Part shown: positions 51,941 to 59,129 of the stretch, one piece after another
How positions within the stretch are numbered: the first letter of the stretch is position 1
Layout: each line of letters begins with the position of its first letter
Source: Terriglobia bacterium
GTDB lineage: Bacteria; Acidobacteriota; Terriglobia; Bryobacterales; Bryobacteraceae
Length of the DNA stretch: 64,000 bases
Direction of reading: 5' to 3'
NCBI GenBank assembly: GCA_020073365.1
Contig: JAIQFL010000010.1
Location: 145 to 64,144, forward strand
Position numbers and translations under genes: made by a program
Notes under the pieces: generated by a model
Told to the model about the DNA's origin: nothing
What the model saw: only the letters and a program-made list of their open reading frames with translations
Databases searched by the model: none

Positions 51941-52476
51941 GGACTCTCCTGATCGCAATGCCGCTTCTGGTGGTCGCCACGGTCGGCGCCGGGAGCACAT
52001 TCGTCAAGGTCCGCCGCGACCTGGCCGGGCAGCGGGCGGCCATCGCCGCCGAATGGTCGGACGTGGACCAGGCGCTGCAACAACGGGCCGCGCTCATCGG
52101 CAACCTGGCGGATCGAGGGCGGGAACTCGCGCCTCTCCCAGCCGAGGTACTGAAGGACATTGCGGACGCGCAAGCGGTGGTGATCGTTGGACCTGCTCCG
52201 CAGGACAAAGTTCAGGCCAACGACCGTCTCTCCCACGCACTGGCCCAGCTACTAGTGGCGGCGGAGAACTATCCACGGTTAAGATCGAATCCTGAATTCC
52301 TGCGCATCCAGGACGAAATCAAGACGAGCGAGGACCGGATGGCCGTGGCTCGGCTGAAGTACAACGACTCGCTGGAGCACTACAACGCGCGAATTCAGAG
52401 CTTCCCCCACAACCTTGTGGCACGGCTCTCGGGCTTCGGGCGCAACGACGCGTATTTTCCGACGGAGCACTTCTAG
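51937..52476 (+). CDS. lemA: LemA family protein
   Basis: 179 aa. N-terminal TM; ENYPRLRSNPEFLRIQDEIKTSEDRMAVARLKYNDSLEHYNARIQSFPHNLVA. Confidence 0.85.
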   Translation: MRTLLIAMPLLVVATVGAGSTFVKVRRDLAGQRAAIAAEWSDVDQALQQRAALIGNLADRGRELAPLPAEVLKDIADAQAVVIVGPAPQDKVQANDRLSHALAQLLVAAENYPRLRSNPEFLRIQDEIKTSEDRMAVARLKYNDSLEHYNARIQSFPHNLVARLSGFGRNDAYFPTEHF

Positions 52477-52483
52477 GTTCACT

Positions 52484-53929
52484 ATGACGGAGACCTTTGC
52501 AAATTACATCGATGGCGCATGGGTGAAGAGCGCCGCGGTTTTTGAAAATCGCAATCCCGCGAACACCGGGGAACTGGTCGGCTGTTTCGTCAAGGGCCAG
52601 GCGCAGGATGTGGAGGAAGCCGCCGCCGCCGCCGCCGCGGCTCTGCCCGGGTGGTCCACCATGAGCGGTCCGGCGCGGGGCAACATCCTGTACCGGGCGG
52701 CCGATATTCTCGATAAGAGGTTCGAGCAGGTGGCGGCGGACATGACGCGCGAGGAAGGCAAGACGCTGCCGGAAGCCAAAGGCGAAGTGCGCCGGTCCAT
52801 CAACATCCTGCGCTACTTCGCGGGCGAGGGTTCGCGCATGCCGGGCATGCTGGTCCCCTCCGAGCGCGACCGCGTCCACATGTTCGCACTGCGCAAGCCC
52901 ATCGGAGTGGTAGGGTTGATCACCCCCTGGAATTTTCCCAGCGCCATCCCCGCGTGGAAGCTGGCGCCGGCCCTGATCTGCGGCAACACAGTCGTGCTGA
53001 AGCCGGCGTCGGCCGCGCCCCTGAGCGCCTGGCGAATTGTGGAGGCTCTCCACGAAGCGGGCATCCCCAAGGGCGTGGTGAACTTCGTGGCGGGGTCGGG
53101 CGGTGAACTGGGGCAGGCCCTGGTGGGCGCCAAGCCCCTCAAGGCGGTTTCGTTCACCGGGTCGTGCGAGATCGGAAACTGGCTGCATGCGGAAGCGTCC
53201 AAGCGGCGGCTGCGTATCCAGCTCGAAATGGGCGGCAAGAATCCCACCATCGTGCTGGCGGACGCCGACTTCACTTCCGCCGTGGAGAACGTGGTGAATG
53301 CTTCGTTCTTCTCCACCGGCCAGAAGTGCACGGCCACCAGCCGCGCGATCGTGGAGGACGCCATTTACGACCGGTTCGTGGCGGCGGTGGTGGAGCGCAC
53401 CCGCAGGCTCAAGGTCGGCAACGGTATGGAGCCGGGCATCGAGATCGGCCCATGCGTGGACCAGGCGCAGATGGAGACGGTTCTGCGATACGTCGAAATC
53501 GGGCGCAAGGAAGCGGGTGAGCCGCTTTGCGGCGGGAGCCGGCTTACGGAGGGCGCCCTCGCGAAGGGGTATTTTGTGGAGCCCACGGTCTTTGCTGACG
53601 TGCTGGAAGAGCACACCATCGCTCGCGAGGAGATTTTCGGGCCGGTGCTGGCGATCATGCGGGCTGCGGACTTCGAGGATGCCATGCGCATCGCCAACAA
53701 CATTCCATTCGGCCTTTCATCATCCATTCAAACTACCAGCCTCTCGCGCACCTTCGAGTATATTTACCGTGCGGAAGCCGGTCTCTTGACCGTCAACCTG
53801 CCCAGCGCCGGCGTGGAGTACCAACTCCCCTTCGGCGGATCCAAGGATTCCAGCTTCGGGCCGAAAGAGCAGGGCCCCGCGGCATTGGAATTCTATAGCG
53901 ACTACAAAACCGTTTACCTGAAATACTGA
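52484..53929 (+). CDS. NAD(P)-dependent aldehyde dehydrogenase (alpha-ketoglutarate semialdehyde dehydrogenase-like)
   Basis: ORF trimmed to MTETFANYIDGAWV. LEMGGKNP, FFSTGQKCTATSR (catalytic Cys), EEIFGPV. Confidence 0.85.
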   Translation: MTETFANYIDGAWVKSAAVFENRNPANTGELVGCFVKGQAQDVEEAAAAAAAALPGWSTMSGPARGNILYRAADILDKRFEQVAADMTREEGKTLPEAKGEVRRSINILRYFAGEGSRMPGMLVPSERDRVHMFALRKPIGVVGLITPWNFPSAIPAWKLAPALICGNTVVLKPASAAPLSAWRIVEALHEAGIPKGVVNFVAGSGGELGQALVGAKPLKAVSFTGSCEIGNWLHAEASKRRLRIQLEMGGKNPTIVLADADFTSAVENVVNASFFSTGQKCTATSRAIVEDAIYDRFVAAVVERTRRLKVGNGMEPGIEIGPCVDQAQMETVLRYVEIGRKEAGEPLCGGSRLTEGALAKGYFVEPTVFADVLEEHTIAREEIFGPVLAIMRAADFEDAMRIANNIPFGLSSSIQTTSLSRTFEYIYRAEAGLLTVNLPSAGVEYQLPFGGSKDSSFGPKEQGPAALEFYSDYKTVYLKY

Positions 53930-54774
53930 TGCATCTAGGACAAATCAAATCGCCAGGCGGGGTCATAGCCGCCGTCTTTGAAAACGGACTGGCCCGGCCG
54001 ATTCCGGGTCACAACACGCTGGCGCTGATCCGCCGTTCCGAGGTGGAGAAAACCCCTCTCGGAAAGCTGGCTGCCGAACTCGCCAGCCGCCATCCGGAGG
54101 AGCATGTGCCGGTGCTTCCTATCACTCCACCGGAAGTGTGGGGCTGCGGGTGCACTTACGAGACCAGCGCCTCCTTCCGCGATGCGGAGCACGGCACGCG
54201 CGAGGGCATGTACGCGTACGTCTACCGCGAGGCGCGGCCGGAGATCTTCTTCAAGGGGACGGCGCGAGTCTGCGCGGCCAGCGGGCAGCCCATCGGCATT
54301 CGCCCCGATTCTAAGTTCACCGCGCCCGAACCGGAATTGGCGCTGGTCCTGGGGACCGGCGGGCGCATCGCCGGCTATACGCTGGCCAACGACGTCTCGG
54401 CCTGGGACATCGAGCGCGAGAACGCCCTCTACCTGCCGCAGTCGAAGATTTATGACGGCTGCTGCGCGTTGGGACCGGCCATGGTTACCGCGGATGCCCT
54501 GCCCGACCCATACCGGCTCGAAATGAGCTGCATCATCACGCGTGCGGGCCACGAGCTCTTTTCGGGAAGCGTGTCCACTTCCAAGTTGCACCGGCGCATG
54601 GAATCCCTGGTCGAATACCTGACGCGCGCCAATCACGTTCCCTGCGGGACGGTGGTGCTGACCGGTACGGGCATTATCGTGCCGCCCGAAGCGGCGCTGG
54701 CTCCCGGAGATGTGGTCGCCATCCGGGTGGCGGAGATCGGCGAACTGACCAATCACGCGGTCATCGTGGAATAG
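53929..54774 (+). CDS. fumarylacetoacetate hydrolase family protein (2-keto-3-deoxy-pentonate dehydratase-like)
   Basis: 281 aa. ATGA-type overlap with the ALDH stop (53927-53931). [37 protein letters not shown]. Confidence 0.85.
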   Translation: MHLGQIKSPGGVIAAVFENGLARPIPGHNTLALIRRSEVEKTPLGKLAAELASRHPEEHVPVLPITPPEVWGCGCTYETSASFRDAEHGTREGMYAYVYREARPEIFFKGTARVCAASGQPIGIRPDSKFTAPEPELALVLGTGGRIAGYTLANDVSAWDIERENALYLPQSKIYDGCCALGPAMVTADALPDPYRLEMSCIITRAGHELFSGSVSTSKLHRRMESLVEYLTRANHVPCGTVVLTGTGIIVPPEAALAPGDVVAIRVAEIGELTNHAVIVE

Positions 54775-54778
54775 CCGG

Positions 54779-55198
54779 ATGGCGGATGTCGAACGGCTGG
54801 CGGAACTGGCTGCGGGATTGAGTATTCCGCAGATTCGCCGCCACATCTTCCTCTGCTGCGACCAGACCAAACCGAAATGCTGCTCCCCAGAGGCGGGACT
54901 GGAAGCGTGGGAGTACCTGAAGCGGCGCATTGCCGAGCTGGGGCTTTTCGACCGCGTCTACCGGACCAAGGCCAACTGCCTGCGCATCTGCGAGCAGGGG
55001 CCGATTGCGGTGGTGTACCCCGAGGGCGTCTGGTATCACTCGGCGGCGCCCGAGGTGTTGGAGCGAATCCTCCAGGAGCATCTGATCGGCGGCCGCGTGG
55101 TGGAAGATTTCGCGTTCGCCAGGAGCGGCGTAGAACAGATGGAACGCGGGAGCGCGCTGCCGCGGCCTGCGCCGAATTGCCCGGAATGTGACACGTGA
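54779..55198 (+). CDS. thioredoxin-like [2Fe-2S] ferredoxin domain protein
   Basis: 139 aa. [14 protein letters not shown]...[22 protein letters not shown]. Confidence 0.7.
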   Translation: MADVERLAELAAGLSIPQIRRHIFLCCDQTKPKCCSPEAGLEAWEYLKRRIAELGLFDRVYRTKANCLRICEQGPIAVVYPEGVWYHSAAPEVLERILQEHLIGGRVVEDFAFARSGVEQMERGSALPRPAPNCPECDT

Positions 55199-55297
55199 CT
55201 CGCGCCCGCCTTCGCTGCCATCTCGCGGCGCACGTCAGCTAACACAGGGCTACGGGCGCGGAAATGCCAAATTTGCCCGCCCTGGGGTCGTTTAGAT

Positions 55298-55729
55298 TTA
55301 GAGCGACTCCCACGGATTGAGGATAGCCGGGCCAATACCGTCGAAGTCCCGCACGTTGCGTGTGACGACGGTGAGATCATGGGCGAGCGCCGTCGCGGCA
55401 ATCAACGAATCGACGGTCGGCAGGAGTCTTCCCGCTCGCGCTGCTTTCGCCACAAGCGACGCCCAGCGCGAGGCCACCTGGCGATCGATCAAGAGAACAC
55501 GACCAGAAAACCATGCCTCCAGATCTTGCTTCAGCCATTGTTCAAGTTGAACGCGTCGCTGGCCTTCAGCAAGCAACTCGATTCCTTTTTGAATTTCCGC
55601 CAGCGTGAGGACGCTTACATGCTGGGATTGGCGGTCTGTCGTCTCAAGCCATCGCTTCACTCCGGCGTCGGGACCTCCCGGCCGGTTGTACTCGGAGAGA
55701 ACATTGGTATCGATCAGGAAGCCGATCAT
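55298..55729 (-). CDS. vapC: PIN-domain toxin VapC
   Basis: 143 aa. [33 protein letters not shown]. 4-nt overlap with the antitoxin gene. Confidence 0.85.
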   Translation of the reverse strand: MIGFLIDTNVLSEYNRPGGPDAGVKRWLETTDRQSQHVSVLTLAEIQKGIELLAEGQRRVQLEQWLKQDLEAWFSGRVLLIDRQVASRWASLVAKAARAGRLLPTVDSLIAATALAHDLTVVTRNVRDFDGIGPAILNPWESL

Positions 55730-55980
55730 CCTATCTCAACCGGGCGTGGATAGTCTTTGCATCGCTCCAGATCGAGATTGGCTCCAGCAAACGGAGAGTT
55801 AAGGAGAAGATCGGAGAGGTTGTCAAAACGCTTATGAGCCGGAAGGTCCTCGGCGGCCGGTAAACCTGCCTCCCTGGCGACGATCTCCTGAAGGTATTCG
55901 TCCAGCGACACGCCACGCGCATGTGCTCGCGCCAGCAGACCTTTTTCTACTTCGGGGTTTAGGCTTAGCGTAACGTCCAT
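55726..55980 (-). CDS. vapB: VapB-type antitoxin
   Basis: MDVTLSLNPEVEKGLLARAHARGVSLDEYLQEIV (RHH-like). Alternative GTG start at 56004. Confidence 0.6.
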   Translation of the reverse strand: MDVTLSLNPEVEKGLLARAHARGVSLDEYLQEIVAREAGLPAAEDLPAHKRFDNLSDLLLNSPFAGANLDLERCKDYPRPVEIG

Positions 55981-56153
55981 GGCTGCAGCTGCTTCTTCCT
56001 CCACAGTACCGTATATGCTGCTTTTCTGTCACGAATTCAAGTTCACCCTCTTCGCCTCTCCTTCAAAAGGCAGGGGCTCTTTCGGGTTCCGGAAAAAACT
56101 ATTGGGCACGGATACGCCGACGAATGGTGGCCCAGAGGCCGCCCCCGGGCCGA

Positions 56154-56478
56154 TGCTCCCTATCACTCCGCCGGAAGTGTGGGGCTGCGGGTGCACTTAC
56201 GAGACCAGCGCCTCCTTCCGCGATGCGGAGCACGGCACGCGAGGGCATGTACGCGTACGTCTACCGCGAAGCGCGGCCGGAGATCTTCTTCAAGGGGACG
56301 GCGCGTGTCTGCGTGGCCAGGGGGCAGGCCATCGGGATTCGCGCCGATTCCACTTTCACCGCGCCCGAATCGGAATTGGCCCTGGTGCTGGGGACCGGCG
56401 GGCGCTTCGCCGGCTTTACGCTGGCCAACGACGTCTCGGCCTGGGACATCGAGCGGGAGAACGCCCTCTACCTGCCGC
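56154..56478 (+). pseudogene. internal fragment duplicated from the FAH-family gene (copy of 54112-54438)
   Basis: Manual alignment gives 18 substitutions plus one 2-nt deletion (CACGCGCGAGGGC becomes CACGCGAGGGC) over about 325 nt. No start codon; the frame is broken. Confidence 0.75.
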
Positions 56479-56518
56479 TTGCCACCGAAATTTCAGTTGA
56501 CATGTCCCGGCCAGACTG

Positions 56519-56534
56519 CTTAACTATAGTTAAG
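56519..56534. promoter_or_regulatory. perfect 16-bp palindrome CTTAACTATAGTTAAG immediately upstream of mntH
   Basis: The centre contains TATAGT (-10-like), ending 7 nt before ATG 56538. TTGACA is at 56497-56502. Confidence 0.4.
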
Positions 56535-56537
56535 TTC

Positions 56538-58448
56538 ATGGTACCTACAGGACAATTGGGACAGGACGCCCGCTCGCTGGCGGACGTACATTCCAGCGTC
56601 GGGACGTCCCAGGTGTCTTTCTGGCGGCGCATGTTCGCGTTTGCCGGGCCTGCCTACCTGGTGAGCGTAGGCTACATGGACCCCGGCAACTGGGCCACCG
56701 ACCTGGAGGGCGGCGCCCGCTTCGGCTACCGCCTGCTTTGGGTGCTGGTGATGTCCAACGCCATGGCCATCCTGCTCCAGACCTTGAGCGCGCGTCTTGG
56801 CATCGTATCCGGGCGGGACCTGGCGCAAGCGTGCCGTGAGAATTATCCCCGGCCCGTCAGCCTGGCTCTGTGGGCCCTCTGCGAAATCGCCATTGCGGCC
56901 TGCGATCTGGCTGAGGTTCTGGGCGCGGCCATCGGGCTTAACATGCTGTTCCACATCCCGCTGCTGGTGGGCGTTCTGATCACCGCGGCGGATACCCTGC
57001 TGCTGCTGTGGTTTCAAAGCTTCGGCATTCGCACCATCGAGGCATTTGTGCTCTCCCTGATTGCGATCATCGCAATCTGTTTCTCGATCGAAATCGTGTG
57101 GGCGAAGCCCCTCGTTTCGGAGATGTTCACGGGCATTGTCCCGTGGCTCAACGGCAACACCCTGTACGTAGCCATCGGCATCCTGGGGGCGACGGTGATG
57201 CCCCACAATATGTACCTGCACTCCGCCCTGGTACAGACCCGTAGCATCGGACACTCGGAGCCAGCCAAGCGCACCGCGTGCCGCTACAACCTGATCGATT
57301 GCATCGTGGCCATGAACGGCGCGTTGTTCGTCAACGCCGCCATTCTGGTGTTGGCAGCGGCGGTTTTCTTCAAGCGGGGAATCGTGGTCACGGAGCTGCA
57401 GCAGGCGCAAGTGCTGCTATCGCCCCTCCTGAAAACCACTGCGGCGGGGGTGATTTTCGCCATCGCGCTGCTCTGCTCCGGACAATCTTCCACACTAACG
57501 GGAACCATGGCAGGTCAAATAGTTATGGAGGGTTTTCTCAACATCCGCATGAGGCCATGGCTGCGGCGCTTGATTACCCGCTCCCTGGCCATCATTCCGG
57601 CCGGATTGACGATTTACCTGGCGGGAGAGAAATCCACCTTCGGGTTGCTGCTGCTCAGCCAGGCGATCCTCAGCATGCAACTCCCGTTCGCCATCGTACC
57701 GCTGATTCATTTCACCAACGATCGCGCCCGTATGGGCTCGTTCGCCAATGCCCGGTGGGTCCGGGGCTTGGCGTGGACCACCGCGGGCATCATTGTCGGC
57801 TTGAACGCGTGGCTGACGGCACAGGCCATTGGCCAATGGCTCGACGCGGCGGGCTCCTGGCGCATGTTGGTCTGGCTGGTGACCGTTCCCGTTGCTGTGA
57901 TGCTGGGGCTGCTGCTGCTCTGGATCACGCTGGAGCCGGGCGTGCGGCGCCGCGCGCGCAGGCTCAGCGCCTCGCCCATCACCATGCCGGAGACGGCCGA
58001 GGCAGCCCGGGCGGCCGCCCCGGTCTACCACCGGATTCTGGTTCCACTGGACCATACGGAGCTGGACCGTCTGGCCGTAAGCCACGCAGCAGCCATGGCG
58101 CACCTCTATGGTGCCAAACTCTATCTGCTGCACGTGGAGGAGGGCGTCACCAGCCAAGTGTACGGCAAGGAAGCTTCCACGGCCGAGGTGGAAGCCGGTG
58201 AACAGTACCTGGAGCGTATCTCCCAAACCCTTCGCGAACAGGGAGTTACGGTGGAAACGGCGATTTCGCATTCGATGTCTCCCAACAAGGCAATCGTGCG
58301 CTACGCCGATCAAATCCGGCCCGATCTGGTGATCATGGGGGCGCACGGCCACGGGGGCCTGAAGGACCTGATTTTCGGAAACACCATCAACCCGGTGCGG
58401 CACCATCTGGCGGTCCCCATGCTCATCGTGAGGCCGGGAAAAACCTGA
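56538..58448 (+). CDS. mntH: NRAMP-family divalent metal transporter fused to a C-terminal universal stress protein domain
   Basis: GPAYLVSVGYMDPGNWATDLEGGARFGYRLLWV, ATVMPHNMYLHS. C-terminus YHRILVPLDHTE...LVIMGAHGHGGLKDLIFGNT...VPMLIV (USP). Alternative start ATG 56502. The ORF-track N-terminus (56124-56537) is an out-of-frame reading of the FAH fragment. Confidence 0.85.
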   Translation: MVPTGQLGQDARSLADVHSSVGTSQVSFWRRMFAFAGPAYLVSVGYMDPGNWATDLEGGARFGYRLLWVLVMSNAMAILLQTLSARLGIVSGRDLAQACRENYPRPVSLALWALCEIAIAACDLAEVLGAAIGLNMLFHIPLLVGVLITAADTLLLLWFQSFGIRTIEAFVLSLIAIIAICFSIEIVWAKPLVSEMFTGIVPWLNGNTLYVAIGILGATVMPHNMYLHSALVQTRSIGHSEPAKRTACRYNLIDCIVAMNGALFVNAAILVLAAAVFFKRGIVVTELQQAQVLLSPLLKTTAAGVIFAIALLCSGQSSTLTGTMAGQIVMEGFLNIRMRPWLRRLITRSLAIIPAGLTIYLAGEKSTFGLLLLSQAILSMQLPFAIVPLIHFTNDRARMGSFANARWVRGLAWTTAGIIVGLNAWLTAQAIGQWLDAAGSWRMLVWLVTVPVAVMLGLLLLWITLEPGVRRRARRLSASPITMPETAEAARAAAPVYHRILVPLDHTELDRLAVSHAAAMAHLYGAKLYLLHVEEGVTSQVYGKEASTAEVEAGEQYLERISQTLREQGVTVETAISHSMSPNKAIVRYADQIRPDLVIMGAHGHGGLKDLIFGNTINPVRHHLAVPMLIVRPGKT

Positions 58449-58451
58449 TCA

Positions 58452-58484
58452 TTGGGACAGAGTGTCCCAACCCCGTGTCCGGGG
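58452..58484 (+). terminator. two adjacent hairpins after mntH stop: TTGGGACA-GAG-TGTCCCAA and CCCCG-TGTC-CGGGG
   Basis: Starts 3 nt after TGA 58446-58448. The first stem shares the GGGACAG core of repeat family A. Confidence 0.5.
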
Positions 58485-58544
58485 AACCCAACTGGGGCTG
58501 TGACACACAGGTTAACTCATGTATTATCAAGAGGATTAGTTGGT

Positions 58545-59129
58545 ATGTTAACTGCTTTTTCCGAAGGTGTGAAGCGCCACCTTCCGATTGCGCTCGTGTG
58601 GACCTGCTGCATTGTGCCGCTCCAGTGCGCCACTCTGGAGCGGCTCTCTTTCGACGATATGGTTTCGAAATCAACGGCCATCGTCCGGGGGAAGGTCGCC
58701 GGTTCGTTCGCGGCCTTTGCGGGTACGGGTCCGGTCATCTACACCCACTATTCGATCCAGGTTTCCGAGCTCCTCAAGGGTTCTGCCGGAAGATCCGTCG
58801 ATGTCGTCGTGCCGGGAGGCGTGGTGAACAACCTTCGGCAATCGTTCGCGGGCGCTCCCACCTTCAACACCGGCGATGAATACGTGTTCTTCCTGTGGAC
58901 CAGCAGAGCGGGACTGACTCAGGTAATCGGGTTGACGCAAGGCGTGTTTTCGTTGGCCCAGGACGGCTCCAAGGACCCCATGGCGACGCGCTCCGCGAGT
59001 CACGAATTGATGCTGGACCGGGGCACCGGCAAACCGGTGAAGGACCAGCCGATGCTGATGCATATCAGCGAATTGAGGTCGCGGATTTCCAGCGGGCTGG
59101 CGGCTGCGGGTCAGGCGGTGGGGAAATAA
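58545..59129 (+). CDS. secreted hypothetical protein, translationally coupled to metzincin gene
   Basis: ORF trimmed to MLTAFSEGVKRHLPIALVWTCCIVPLQCA (signal-like). The TAATG stop/start overlap with the next gene is at 59127-59131. Confidence 0.6.
   Translation: MLTAFSEGVKRHLPIALVWTCCIVPLQCATLERLSFDDMVSKSTAIVRGKVAGSFAAFAGTGPVIYTHYSIQVSELLKGSAGRSVDVVVPGGVVNNLRQSFAGAPTFNTGDEYVFFLWTSRAGLTQVIGLTQGVFSLAQDGSKDPMATRSASHELMLDRGTGKPVKDQPMLMHISELRSRISSGLAAAGQAVGK

Noticed and set aside
52319-53614. 431-aa minus-strand ORF
   Set aside because: It is antisense to the aldehyde dehydrogenase gene.
56124-56537. N-terminal 138 codons of the 774-aa ORF-track entry for MntH
   Set aside because: This part is an out-of-frame reading of the duplicated FAH gene fragment. 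NRAMP homology begins after ATG 56502/56538.
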